A stretch of DNA of 63,588 nt, the filler included, from Octopus bimaculoides (Eukaryota), in the NCBI RefSeq assembly GCF_001194135.2. It is 6 parts of 4 records of this genome, joined end to end, with 100 filler letters (N's around TTAATTAATTAA, not from the genome) between each part and the next. Parts side by side here need not be neighbours in the genome. Positions count along the whole stretch, not along the records: positions 33,631 to 35,535 come from NC_069004.1; positions 35,636 to 58,296 come from NC_068983.1; 4 more parts are not named here. One strand, written 5' to 3'. A program made the position numbers and the translations under genes. Position 1 is the stretch's first letter. Each line of letters opens with the position of its first letter. This document shows positions 35,382 through 49,190 of this stretch, piece after piece. A model generated the notes under the pieces. The model was not told where the DNA came from. It saw only the letters and a program-made list of their open reading frames with translations, and ran no database searches.

Positions 35382-38300
35382 CAAACAAAAAAAGCATCTT
35401 CAAACAGACCTTGCAAAAATATTGGTTTAAATAGATTGTCCAAACAGATCGTTCAAACATCCCTTCATGACTCTTTTCAAAACAGACTTATGATCAAAAC
35501 TGCGCCAACCATGACTATCTCACCATATTTTTCTCNNNNNNNNNNNNNNNNNNNNNNNNNNNNNNNNNNNNNNNNNNNNTTAATTAATTAANNNNNNNNN
35601 NNNNNNNNNNNNNNNNNNNNNNNNNNNNNNNNNNNGGGGGGGGGGGGGGTTGCATCAAAATGTTTGAAAATGAGAGTATTCTACATGAAACATGTAAGAA
35701 GTTTCATTTTCAACATTCATTGTGAGTATTGAATGGAGAAGTGTTATAGAAATTAAAGAAAATGAATTGAGCATGACTATAGGATATGTAATATTAACTT
35801 GTATCAAAAGTATAACCTGAGGTTGTGTCAAAGACATTGGCTGATGTGTACAAGAGAGTTAGTTGTGTTGGTGTGAAGATGTAATGTGAATAGATAATAC
35901 TCATTGAGTAAAACGTACTAGGTGCTGACAATAGAAGGTATCCTTCTGAAAGAAACTTCAAAAAAGGTATAAAAAATGATAAAGTCAGATGTCAGGGCCA
36001 CAGGAGAATACAATGACCAAAAGGAGTTTTGCTATGATGCGCTGGGCAGCTATCCCCTACCTGCATGTACAGAAAAACAAGTTACAACAGTTATTTTTAT
36101 TAAAATGTTTACGCCCATCTTCCCATGTTATTTCGTGTTTGATTGTTCTGAAAATCCATACCCTTTTATATAAATTGTTGAAGCATATGTATTTACATTT
36201 GCAATATAGTTTCTTAACATGGTCCCTTACTGATATAATAGACGTAGTCCTTTTAGGCAATTTAGATGAGTAATTAATTTCTTTTCTTAATATATCTACT
36301 CCTAGTGACAGGATTTGATATGAATATAAGGTGAAAAATGAAATGCTTTAGATACTAAGTCACAATTCTATGGATTATTAAATGAGATTGATTTTTTAAA
36401 GAATACATTGCATGTTTGCAAACAGAGTTTTAAATTAATTTATTTACTTGTGTTATTAAAAAAAATACTTGATTTCTAGTTCTTTAGTATCACACACTTC
36501 TCAGAATTAGAAGGGAATTGGAAAGAAGTTTCTTGCTTCTAATGCAACTATCTCTTAGTGACAGAGAGCAAAATTACTCATAATTTACATGAAAGAAATT
36601 GAAGCAGGTTACTTGTTGCAGATCAAATAATAACAATCTATTTTAGTTCATAGAAAACCAATACTCGTGGATCATTCATATTATATTACAAATTAACTCA
36701 GGACATACAAATTACATTTGAGCATTTGATATTAAAAACAAAACAAAAGAGAGAAAACACCAGAACCCCCCCCCCCCNNNNNNNNNNNNNNNNNNNNNNN
36801 NNNNNNNNNNNNNNNNNNNNNNAAATGGGATTATGGCAGAAACACACAAATAAAATTCTAAAACTTGCTTTGCTATCTGTGATATAAAAAGACATTATTA
36901 TATAACATGTTGCTATAGGCAAAGAGTAATATTTATTAGATCAAAAAAGTAAGTGGAGTAGTAAGATTGAATCTCCTGACCCTTAATGTAATTTATTTAC
37001 CATTTCTCCTTTGGAGCAGATCTACTTCTTTGAAGCTAAAACATTTCATGCATTCTGAAATCTACTTCCATTCATTCATACTTTCTTTTTTTTTTACCAT
37101 TCAATATTTCATTTTTTTTTCTTTTTCACTGCTTGATTNNNNNNNNNNCCCCCCATCTGTTTTACAATGTTAGCAAAGATTATCTAAAATTTTGCAAAGC
37201 TGCTAGGGATGAACGCTTTGCATGAACATTTCTAAAATATAATAATGAATACTTTTTTTGTTGGTACCCTAAAGGATACCACTGACTTTGCTCATTTATT
37301 GCAAAGGTGTTGCTTACATAAATGCCTTCTGTTAGTGTTGGAAGAAGTGATGAAATCTGATCACCTAATACAGAACCTTATAGACTGATGTGAATGAATG
37401 ACAGACTTGCTGACCCATGCCAGTGTGGAATAAAACAGTTGAAAATTATGAGAACTAAGATATTGTCATTCTGTTTTTCATTTGACATTCTGTGATGCAA
37501 ATGTTGTTTGTACTGTACTGTTACTGAACACTTGGTCTTTGGGTTTCTTTGTTCTTTAATTCTAGCAAAAATATCTGTCAATTCCAATTTCTAATAAAAA
37601 CATTTTACTATTAGCTCCAAAAAAATGTTCAGTTTTACCTGATAGGATAAAGTTAAACATTTGTTGTTGGAATATGAAGAGAGGGTCATTTATATGTACC
37701 AATCACTAATATATTTTACTTAACTAAAACTTAGTAATGCTATTCAGAAACCTTATTTAAAAGATTGGAACATAACAATATCTATAGCTCTTGAAAGAAT
37801 AGTACTGTTGACTTATTTTAGATCATGTTTAATTATTGTTCAGCTTTCAAGTGATAGTTTAAAATCAACACTTCATACAGTGCTGAGGTAGTTTGATAAG
37901 ATTTACAGACTCTGATGTGATAGTTATCTTGTACATGTATGGATGACAACTAAAGTACCCAGGCATACTCTGTAAAAATTAACTTGGAGCAACAGATTGC
38001 AGAGCAAGCACTGAAATAAATACTGAAGTAATATTAAAACTAGCTTGAGACAGGCTTTGATTGACCTCTATGAAGTAGGAGAGAGATTTGCAGTAGGCAA
38101 GAGTTTCTAAACTTTTCACATTGGTGACACACTTTTTGAAAATAAAATTTTTGTGACGCATTAAGTTTTTTTTACCATGATAGAATTAACAACATTAATA
38201 GAAAACAATTAAATATTATGTCACGTGTCACCAGTCACATGATTAATTTTACACAGAGTCGTCAGATCTTAAATATATTTCACAGCCAAATATTTATAAA

Positions 38301-38935
38301 AACTGAATAGCTTTGACTTAATTTCATGATGCTCATGAAGATTATCAGTGATATATTAAAGTGTTCCAATATAGATTTTGTAAAGTTCTGCATTAAACTC
38401 TTTTATCTCAATGATTTAGCTCTATTAGTGATTTCATCAATTACAGAATAAAATATTGAACCTTTTTATTTTTTATTGTTTAACAGCTATCTTTCCATGC
38501 TTGGGGTCCCTTTTATTGCTAACTACTCAACTATGAAATAGAAATTGAATAAGTTTTTTTTTTCTTTCTGTCAGGCAAACTGCAGCAAGCAGAATTAGCT
38601 GTTTTGCACAGAGAGACACCATGATCTGAACTCAGAACCATGTGGTAGTGCCCCAGAGCTTTAACTGATAATAGCACCAGATGATCAATTTTCAAGAGAG
38701 TTCTTGACACATGCCAAGAGTTCTACTCTTGAGTTTTACCTTTACGGTAAAGCTTGAGGTGGGCATTATTCTAAAGGTTAGCATATGAAAAGATTAATCT
38801 CCATCAGAAGAATACCAAATTATGAGTTTTTCCCTGCTCTATGGAATGGTGTTACTCACTGAAAATCAGATTTAAAAATCATGAAAGGCAAACTTAGGTC
38901 CTAGAGTTTGTGAGACTTAGTTATGAGTTTATTAC

Positions 38936-38982
38936 TCTTCTCTCTCTCTCTTTCTCTCTCTCTCTGTCTCTCTGTCTCTCTG

Positions 38983-39067
<85 letters not shown>
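38936..39067. repeat. (CT)n then (GT)n microsatellite
   Basis: Direct reading. Confidence 0.95.
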
Positions 39068-40899
39068 CAGAAATATATGATATTTGGTTATACTCCTTTG
39101 TATTCTGAACTCAGGTTACAACCAGAATGATTTTGCCATTCATCTGTCTGGAATCAATAAAATGCATATAAATATCTATTAAGTACTGGGACCAATTTTT
39201 GTGGTTGTGTCATAATATAAAATATCTGATTTTGTTTTTTTGTTGGAAATCATTATTATTGTCAGGGTCACTCTTGTGTCATAGAAAACTGGCTCTTTGG
39301 GTTGCTTCTGTTACCTGTCTAGCAATAACATCTGTTTATCTTGTACATGAAAGATCAGGGAGCAGCTACCTCTATACGCAACAAAAAGTTTTCTCTCCAT
39401 ACAGATGTGTGTGTGTATACACATACACACAATGTATGTCTAAAATGAAATATTAAAAACAACTTTCACTGAAAGAAAGAAGCAGTGTTTCGAGTATTCT
39501 TCTTGATCATCTGGAAACTATCTTAATTTCATCTTTTGCTAACAAGGTTAGGTTTGCTGCAGTGTTTACTGAAAATATATGAATGAGATTATTATGGCTA
39601 ACCTCTTGTATTATGCACCTCATTTAGAAATGTCACCTGCTTAATGGCTGTTAATATAACTTCTGCTCCAACAAACCTAAGCATTTATCTTCCCAACAAT
39701 AAATAGTTTTCATTCAAGTAGCACTGTAAGGCAAGCGGAACAAATGACACCAATAAGACATAATGACAAAGTGTTGTACCATAGATTCCTTTATACATTA
39801 TTATCATTCTATAGTATCTTTTTCCTCCTGGCTAACTAATTTCTTCCTCAATTTCTTTATCATAATTTCTATCAATGGTATTCAACCTATTTTATCAATG
39901 GCATATTTCAAAGGTGTTGACATCCTCTTAGACTTCATTAATAACTTGATCTACTTCTGTGTTGGTGTCTGCTTTACAGTTGGTGAGTTCTACTTGCCTT
40001 TCCAGAGGTCACTCGTACAACATCAATTCAGATTTCCTTCAGATTTTAAAATAAAAGTCTTACTCTTCTTATTTTAGTCCTGATTTAATTATATTGTCTA
40101 AAATTTCCATTCATGTTGTTGGAAATTTGAAGTGAATCAGCTTAATGTTTTACTATTTGTTTGCTTGGCATTAGACCAAATTCAAGAAACTTGTGGATTA
40201 AAATTACATTATCATTTACCATAGATCTATACCATGATATGTGTTTGTGCATATCCTTGTATTTATGTTATATATCAATTGTATGTCACAAAAATATTAA
40301 CTTGGCTGCAGTTGATTGATATTTAAATATTTATTTCTTTGCTGCTAAAATGCTGTAAAGTAATAAATTGAGTTAACTTAATCTTTAGGGATGATATTGC
40401 AATAAATAGTGGATCAATGTAATTTTTCTTATTATTTACTTTTTTAACACTTGACATCAAAAAGTATTACAAAGAATTTATGAAAAGTTTATATTTATTA
40501 ATATATTTTCCATCCTGTCTATTCATCTTGAGTTGTCTTGAAGTATTTGTACTTATATTCTAGTTACTTGAACGTGGGGCAGATTGTCTGGTAGAAATCA
40601 TTTACTTTATTCTAGAATCTGACTCAGATGTTCAACATTTTCTTCATACCAGTATTCACTGTTAGTTTCATCTGAAATGGCTGTTACTGTGCCATATACC
40701 ATTGGCCTGGCCAGCTGTTATTTGAAGGCAATTTATGTCCAACTTTTCCATATTTTATCTCTGTTATAAATTCCCTTATATTCTAATCTTGTAATAAGCA
40801 GAACAGTTTAATCAAATTTCCTGCACTTTTACCACTCTATTCATTTGTAGTCATCATTGTTGACATCATTATTATCATCTTAACATGAATTTTTCCACG

Positions 40900-41750
40900 A
40901 TGCAGTAAGTTGGATGGTTTGCAACAATGTGAATTTCATCTGTGAGATCATCACATCTTTATAGATCTTCTAACTCTGGCCTCTGCACAAAGAACCCTCT
41001 ACTATTAACTTGTGAAACTGTCTCTTAGCTTGCATCATCCTCTTGCATTCCAGTCCATCTGTAGCATTATAGCAATCTCTTGCACACATGGGTTGGTATC
41101 TCGGTTACCAAGCCACTTTGCTAATCATGTAAATTGACTTTGCACACCCAAAGGACTACATTTGACTTGTTTCTCAGCAATCTTTGCCAGTCTACCATAC
41201 TCACTGTGTTTCACTACACTGCGTCATTATTCTCATTACACTCAACAATCTTCTTTTTGTACACAGAGAAACCTTTTCTTGCCAACAGAGGTATCAGCTC
41301 CTTGAACTTCTTTCATCCTGTTCTTATTCAGGCTACATGTTTACTAAATCTATCCTTGCTCTAATTATATCATCTAAATAGCATAACTTATCTACCAATT
41401 CTAGTGAGCCATCTGAGCAATCCATAGGCTTCATATCAAAGCTGCCCCTATTGACGACTACTCTTGTGAATAGAGTGCATCTAAAGTTCCAGTTTCTTGT
41501 CAGTCTGCCAAGATTTCACTGCACTTTATGCGTACCCATTGCTGGCACTGAGTACACAGTATCAAGTTCCTACATATTAAGTAAAATTACTTCCCAGATG
41601 GCACTATGTTTTGTACTTTCTAATACTGACTCGGACTTTATTGTTAAACCTTTCGATTCTATACCACTCTTCCACATTTCAGATGTTTCTCTTTGCTTTT
41701 CAGCATTAACGTTTTGTAGATTATAATCAACAAATAAATTCTGGTTTGTC
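40900..41750 (-). mobile_element. Decayed RTE LINE fragments
   Basis: LFVD...AE...MWKSGIESKGLTI..STK resembles the RTE RT motif LLYADDL...WKxGLESKGLRVNxxKTK. Confidence 0.65.
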
Positions 41751-43910
41751 ATGATTTATATTTATTTATGGTTGTATTTAAAAAAAATTTTTTCCATTTT
41801 AGGGAAAACTGTTTCTCTTTCAACAGTGTAATAGAAGACAAGTTACTCCTCTATCCTGTCTCTGTATCTGTATATTCCTGTTGGATTTAAAAGAAAAGTG
41901 GGCCATGGTTTGTAAATCCTACATAGTCAAGATTAATAATAGTGGGAAAATAATGAAATCCTTTCAAAGAAATTAAGAAAAACATTGTTCCAAACAAAGA
42001 GATCTTTATTAAAGCTACAGCAATATATTTAGTATGTGACCCAATTCTGTGCAGTTGAAACCAATTTGAATAACAATGTACTAAAACTGTTGACATATTT
42101 CCTTTTTAAAATATTAATCAAAATGTTTATCCTTATTTTCAGAACTGAAATAACCTGAATTTATTTTTTATATATATAAATAAAAACAACATTTCTTTAA
42201 ATTTTATGTATTTAAAACTTGAATATAATAGAAACTTATATTACTCATAATTTTAATATTTAGAAATTTTATTTAGTATTTTCATTTATGAAGAAATAGA
42301 ATTATCTGGATAGCAGTTCACAATTGGGTTGTATCTAATGGAAATAGCTTATAAAGGCTTTTAATGATCTGGTACTTGTAGTCTGTATTAGCTTACTTAA
42401 TTTTTGTATCATTTTCTAAGTATTGGACAAAGATTTTTCAAAATTACATCTAACATCTAAGTAAAAAGTTTAAGAAAGTAATTAAAATTACAATTTTGTC
42501 AGAAAAAAAAAAATTACACATTTATCTGTTTGTTGAGCAAAGCTTTAAAGTTAATGTAAAGTTCAATTGCTTCACAAAGCAATTGAGATGTTGGGTACAA
42601 ACTTAACTGACAGCTTTCTGTTAGCAGCATTGTAGTCTCATTTGTTCATACTGTTCAACTCCTTGCATGGATGTAGTTTGGAGAAACATGATTGTATTTT
42701 TTATAATCATGTTATATATATTTGTATCCTGAAATTAATACTCCTGGCTTTAGAAAAAATATATAAATAACTATTGCAAAATCAACCTAAATTCATACTA
42801 AGGGAAAAAGTTTCTGCAATATAATGATTAAGTTAATGTTTCATTTCTCATCTGCCTTGTGTGTCACAGTACCATTTTGTCGCACACATATTTTTCAATA
42901 TACTTAGTTCATTACATTTTCATTTTATTTCCCCCTCAACCAGTTTCTTATTCACACTTACATTTTTCATTTTCTTTTGAAACACCTTTAACTAGCTTCA
43001 TTTGTATAATTACCTAAATATTTAGGTACCTAAATACCCTAAATATTCTGTTGTTTCTGTTGAAGTTGTTTATCTCTGAGCATCTAATCATACACAATAT
43101 CTCATTTTCCTGTCATATCTAATATATGAGGTTAATTATTTTAGTAAACCTGTCAATAAAATAGATATAATAATATATTTTAGATCGTTTTTGTTTATAT
43201 CTATGCTTTTGGTTTCAAACTTTTCTCTTCAACAACTCTATAATTAAACAATTTTCTGTCTAGATATTGAATCAATTGAAATTTAATATAAGCATTAGCT
43301 CAAATAAAATGACCCTATTTTCATTGTCGTATTGTTCCTACTCTTCAGGAATGCTTACAGGAGACATTTGGTCACCTTACTTTTGACTGGAATATCTTTT
43401 AAAAGAATTGAAATTATATATCTTTACTACTAGAAATTAAATAGAGAATGCAATTCTAGTGATGTTTATTTTTTTCGCATATCTGTTGCATATTTCTATA
43501 ATAATCTCACATAAAACCTTTCTTGGGTTAACTTAAATTGTAATTTCATCCCACTTTTAATTGGTAAATAATACACAATAATCTACTTTATTGTAGTAAG
43601 TCCTGTTTGGTTAGTGTGGTGGTGTGTTTACCAGCTGACAATAGTGAAAATAACTCTCCTGTTTTAATTATAAATTTACTATGGTCCTTTCACTGAAGAT
43701 TTTGCTGTGTAATAATGCTAAACCAGCCCCATCAAAAATTTTCCTACTTTTTTTTTCTCTGTAGACTCATCATGTAAAAAAAAAAACCCCAGTTCAAACT
43801 GTACTTTTTTTGACTGAAGCTTATCCATTTTCTAAATGTCATATGTACTGTTTTTCTATAAGTTCGGCTTTATGGAGGTTACAGCTATAGGGTATAGTTT
43901 ATGATATTGA

Positions 43911-44053
43911 CCCTTTAACATTCAAGCTGACCATCTCTGGCCCAAATTATTCTGCCTGTTTCATGTTCAAACCAGCCAGATTTGACCTCACAATCGCATC
44001 AAAATCTCAAAGCTACGAGATGATACATGATCAATTCAAAACAATGTGAATAA
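43911..44053 (+). mobile_element. piggyBac-type MITE, partial copy
   Basis: CCCTTTAACATTCAAG...ATTCTGCCTGTTTCATGTTCAAAC aligns with 56321-56541, with an internal deletion. Confidence 0.75.
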
Positions 44054-44079
44054 TCTCATCTGTTTGTCTTTCTTCTGTG

Positions 44080-44455
44080 ATAACTCAAGCGTCTTCTATT
44101 GTAGCCCCAGGCTGAACAAAGCCTTGTGAGTAAATATAGTAAGTGGAAATTGGAAGAAGCCTGTCGGTATGCGTGTATTTGTGTGTGTGTGTGAGTGTGC
44201 CCTTGTCTTGATATAGTGTGTTGGTTGTAAACAAGTGTTATCATCATGCAGATGATGTTGTTCAGTTCTAATCAACCATAAAGAACATGTATGGCCATGA
44301 GGAAATAATACCTTGCTTGGAAACAGGTGAGAGCTGATGACAGGGAGGGCATCTGCCCATAGAAAATCTACTTCAACAAATTCCATCTGACCCGTGCAAT
44401 TATGAAATAGTGGCTGTTAAAACAATGGTGATGATAGTAGTAGTAGTAGTAGTAG
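44080..44455 (+). mobile_element. SINE family C, decayed, with (ATG/GTA)n tail
   Basis: GCGTCTTCTATTGTAGCCCCAGG...GAAGAAGCCTGTCG...GGGCATCTGCCCATAGAAAATC...GACCCGTGC. Confidence 0.75.
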
Positions 44456-46521
44456 TCATCCTCTAATCATTGGCCAAGTATTACCAGATTAATGTTGTAA
44501 GTAAAATTAACATTAAATTTTCAATCCCAGAACCTTTGTTTTAGTTTAGATTTTTGGAAATGGTCATTTCTTTTTTTTTGTCTTCTATTATTCAGATGAG
44601 AAACTTACAGAAAGCTAAATCTGATATAGTCTTTAGTTGGTACTGTTTGTTTTCTGAAAGTAATCAGTTTTTATCTTTCTCTAACAAAAGATGCTTTCAA
44701 GAGCTCATGAGTTTATAAACAATTGAAGTCTAGCTATTGCTAGTTTCATATGGGGAAGATCTTAAAGGCTCCATGCCATATATCATGTTACACAAGTATG
44801 AAACAAGTCTGACACTTTTCTTTAAGTCTGGTGGGATATAACTGTGTCTTGTTGAGACTGGTATATCAGAAAAATCTCTCAAAATGATCTGAATGACATT
44901 CATTTATATATNNNNNNNNNNNNNNNNNNNNNNNNNNNNNNNNNNNNNNNNNNNNNNNNNNNNNNNNNNNNNNNNNNNNNNNNNNNNNNNNNNNNNNNNN
45001 NNNNNNNNNNNNNNNNNNNNNNNNTGTGTGTGTGTGTGTGTTAGTGTGTAAATGAACTGAAATCTTATTGTAATATTATTTTATTATTTGAGCCCACATT
45101 TTGAGAGATGTGTTGTCTTGCCATTGTTTTATTTTCTGCATACAAGTATGCTATGTATGAAAATGTTCTACAATATGTTCCATCTTCAGGAATAGCAATT
45201 TCTCTGACTGCTAACTACTATCCATTTGGCCTATCTTCCAACAAATCAAAGGTAATGGAAATAGTTGTGAATAATCACTTATTTCACAACACTCAGTCTC
45301 TCTCTATCGCCCCCCCCTCTCTCTCTCCTATTGGTATGACCGATTAGTATGACTTCCTTAGTGCCAAGTCTACTTGAGAATTGAGCTTTGTCACTTGCCA
45401 CTTCTCTCTTTTTCACCCTTAATAACCATGTTGTTGTACTTTATGTGTCTGGCATAAGAATCTATTAGTAAGTTGCTTGTTTATGAGATACATGTATCTC
45501 TTATTTTTTGAACCTGAAGTTCCATGTCAGACTTCACTATTGTAGCATTAATGGACAAAGTTCTCTCAGCCTGCTCTCTATCACATTTGCTGTATACCAA
45601 GGATCATTTGAATCTCCAACATTTTTCCATCTGTACTTTAACAACCAGCTTGCTGCCATTTCAAACAATGTATGATCTTATGCACATGATCTCCTTCTCT
45701 CATCCTTAACATTCCACACACAGGTGTTGTTCACATCCAACCTGGACATCACTGTATTGTTGCATTGAAAAGAGACACCTGCAGTATCCTTGATTAGCAA
45801 TCAGACAACAGTACAAAGACACAGTCACCTTACTAAGACACCATTACTACAACAACGGATGTATATTTCACCTCACAATCTTTAATGATCTTGCATGGAT
45901 CTAACTTGTATATAACATCACTAAAATTGCATCAATGACTAGGATTTCTCTTTAGAGCCAGAAAAACTTAAGCATTTATCAGTTACCGATGGTTTACAGG
46001 GCACAATTATTGCTCATATATATGAGATGATACAGCTGATACACACAAAACTATCCTAGATTATATACAAGAAGGGAAGATTTGGTTGATTGGCAAAGAT
46101 TCACTTACCAACACACTACAACTTGTTCACAAATGTGCTGTTTTTTTTCTCTCTGCCTTTACTTTTCTGCACCAGTTAACTGCATATCCAATATACTCAT
46201 CTCTCTTCGCATCATTTTCCTACTCCTACTGTCCTCTAAAATTCTCTCCTCACCCTTGTTTTTTTTCTGACACTGTTTAAAATGAACATTAACTGAATTT
46301 ATCTCATCAGAAGGTGAGATGTAAAGATTATGGCCACTACCCTTCCCCTAATTAACTTTCAACAGCTTGTGGTTTTGACATAAAGATTTCTTACTGAGGT
46401 TTGCACTTCTGAATCTATGCACCAAAACCTTTACATCTTTCAGCTTAACAAATCAAATGTTAAGTAGTGATAAAAGTAGAATTTTTATAATTTATTTGTA
46501 CTAATTACTCTTGATCATTTA

Positions 46522-46736
46522 TAGTAATTCCTCGACTATTGCAGGTGTTACATTCCAAACCCACCTGCAATAGGTGAAAATCCGCGAAGTAGAAACAGTA
46601 CTGTATTTTAAAAATTATTTTTATAATTTGTATATATTTATTTTATTATAAATGCAAAACAACACTACGGAGGAATTGATGTAAGCTTAAATAATAAACC
46701 GCAATAGGTGAACCACAATATGGTTAAGGATTACTG
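46522..46736. mobile_element. Tigger/pogo-type MITE, second copy (CpG-decayed)
   Basis: Colinear with 6382-6603; TA flanks. Confidence 0.9.
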
Positions 46737-47259
46737 TATTTTTGCTTTGAGAGAAAAAACTATCAAAAACCTGCAGAATTACTTTTATTTTAAGGGATTT
46801 CATTTTCTTTTCTTATTTCCTTAAAGATTTACCATACTGATAAATACAATAAATAATGCAACAGTGGCAGTATAAAGTTTATTGTTTGATAAGGTATTTA
46901 TTTATGATAGCATTCCTTGAATGAATTTGTTGTTTATTTAATTTTGTACTATTCTCTGAACTTGATAATAATGTTTGTCATATTTTTCTCTCTTCTCTTC
47001 CTTATTTCATTTTTGAGAGATTGATCTAAGCTAACTCATCTGTTTGTCTTTCATTGCCTATCTCATACTTTCTTGCAATACTTTTTTCATTCATTGTTCT
47101 CATCACGTCCATACAAACGTCTCTCTTTTATAATAATTAAAAAAGAGGAATATGCTTTATTGCAGTGGAATAATACTTTATATGTACTTCAATATCTAAT
47201 CACTTTCTCACATCATATGCATTATTTCTGTTTTCTTAAATTTACTTAATATGCTCCAC

Positions 47260-47530
47260 AATATTCTTCATCAATTATTGCAAGTCTTTATCTTCATTAC
47301 TCATCTTCCACTCTTTAAACTTCTGACAGATGCATCATACAACTAAACTTTCATTTGAAAGAGAAAGCTCTGTCGTCAATAAAGGCAGTTGTTCTCTAAT
47401 CTTCCACCTACTTCACACCATAGATACTATGCTTTCATTGGCTCCACTCCAGCACTAATTAGATCACCGAGGTAACAGAACTGATATCTCCTACTATCAA
47501 TAGTCACTTCTTTGATAACCCTCTTTTGCT
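47260..47530 (-). mobile_element. RTE RT C-terminal relic
   Basis: Resembles VVDSFCYLGD...ARI; LLTTELSL for LLVTKGLSL. Confidence 0.55.
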
Positions 47531-48471
47531 ATGGTACTGCCTAAGCCCAAGCATCTAAAGGTTTAATCTTTCACTGTGATGTGGTATAATTAAAAAGAAA
47601 CAAAAGCAGACCTTTTTGCTTGGCACTAAGACAATTTTACTTCACATGAAAGTGGTTATAATAAATATTACTATATCTCAAGTTGATATTTTACTATTAG
47701 ATTGTATTCAACTTTTTTTTAATCGTATTTCTTTTGTTGAAATATGTTTTGTAGGTACATGCCTTTTTTTGTTTTTTTTATGAATTCTTCCCAAGCAACA
47801 TTTTGAACCCCCCCCCCGCACCTCTCTCAAGTTCATCTCATCTAACTGGTTGGATTTTTCATAGCTGCAGTTTGAATATGCTACTTAGTCCTCTAATCTT
47901 TTATTTTTCATCATTTCCTTTATGGAAAGTTTATTAACTATGCTTTCTACTCTTGTAATCAGTTCTGTGGGCTGAGATTTTGAATAAATGTACTGGCTTG
48001 CCAGATATTACTGGACTGTGTTTATGATCACTATTTTCCTTGTGATGAAAGTTATCTTTTTTGTAATCTAAAGTCAACATGTAAGGAAATATCAAGTTTG
48101 AACTGGCTATAAAAAAAAAAATGCAAACATTGACTAAATGCAAAGGATTTTGCTATAGATTTCTTTAATTTCTGAGAAAAAATATTTTTGCATTTGTTAC
48201 TTTTTATTACTTTTTATAAAAAACTTTTAATTGCAAATTTTACACATTAGCTAAATAAAAGGTTAATGTTATATATCAGCTAAGTTCATGGAATAAGACC
48301 AGATTTATGGGGAAATAGTTAAACCATAGCTATTCTGTCCTTGCATAAGACAAAAGAATATATTATGTGATCCTCAGTTTCCACCTACTTTGTATGATAT
48401 TCTTTTTGTAGTTTTAATATTGCAATGCATGACAGAAAATGAACTTGTAAGAATATGTGATAGATATTTAA

Positions 48472-48690
48472 CTCTTTAGTATTCAGATTACTCTGTCAAT
48501 ATAATACTTATTTAATCAGATTGTTCTGAATTAATCATGCATTAACTCATAGCTTTGAGATTTTGATGATGTGACTGTTTATTTTTAGGATGACATTGTA
48601 GGTAGGTGTGAAAAGCTTGATTAGGCCAGTTTGAACAACAAAATAGGTATATTATTTTGGCTGAATATGGCTGGTTTAAATGCTAAAGGG
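48472..48690 (-). mobile_element. piggyBac-type MITE, inverted copy
   Basis: TTAA-CTCTTTAG...CTAAAGGG-TTCA; reverse-complement homology to 56321-56541. Confidence 0.8.
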
Positions 48691-48807
48691 TTCAAGGTAA
48701 CTTTGTATGAGGAATTTAATTTGGTTAATCTTAATTTCAGTTTTCAATGGGAATTTTTTTTTTACCAAGAAGTAAAATATTGATATTTGTTTTGAATAAT
48801 TGAAAAC

Positions 48808-49190
48808 CATCATCATCACAGTCATCATTATTGTTGTCATTGCTCAGATTCACATGACACTGATCCATCCATCTCTGTCTTCCTCTTGGTAGCTGCCAGT
48901 GTCATCTGCTAACTGATTGAAGTATGTCTTCACAGGTGACCAGCGTGGTTATGACCATTGTGAAATGTCCAAAGTTGAGTGTCACTGACCATCTCCACTC
49001 TACTTCTTTGGCAGTGTCTAGCAAAGTGAAGTTTTCTTTGTTTAATGGTTTCTGACACTTTAGGAAGCTTATTGTGTAATCTTACTTTGGTGGAGGTATT
49101 CTTTCCAAGACACATTCAAAATTTCAGAAAGCAGTTAGCGTAGGTACAATTTTGCATAGTTTCAAGCCTTCAGGTTAATGTCTGAGTGGA
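48808..49190 (-). mobile_element. RTE-type LINE 3' end with (ATG)n tail
   Basis: LPKVSETIKQRKLHFARHCQRS...LW motif; (CAT)n tail at 48808-48840 on the + strand. Confidence 0.8.

Noticed and set aside
35940-36090. GC-richer patch with a minus-strand acceptor (VGDSCPAHHSKTPFGHCILLWP*) and + strand ORFs
   Set aside because: Not S-crystallin exon 6 or transporter sequence; no recognisable homology and no way to choose a frame.
39470-39552. SSILLDHLETILISSFANK ending at AAG|GTTAGG
   Set aside because: No acceptor with a pyrimidine tract and no recognisable family.
42962-43429. Two small minus-strand exon-like pieces (42962-43013, 43381-43429)
   Set aside because: Phases are incompatible and the peptides unrecognisable; such signals are expected by chance.
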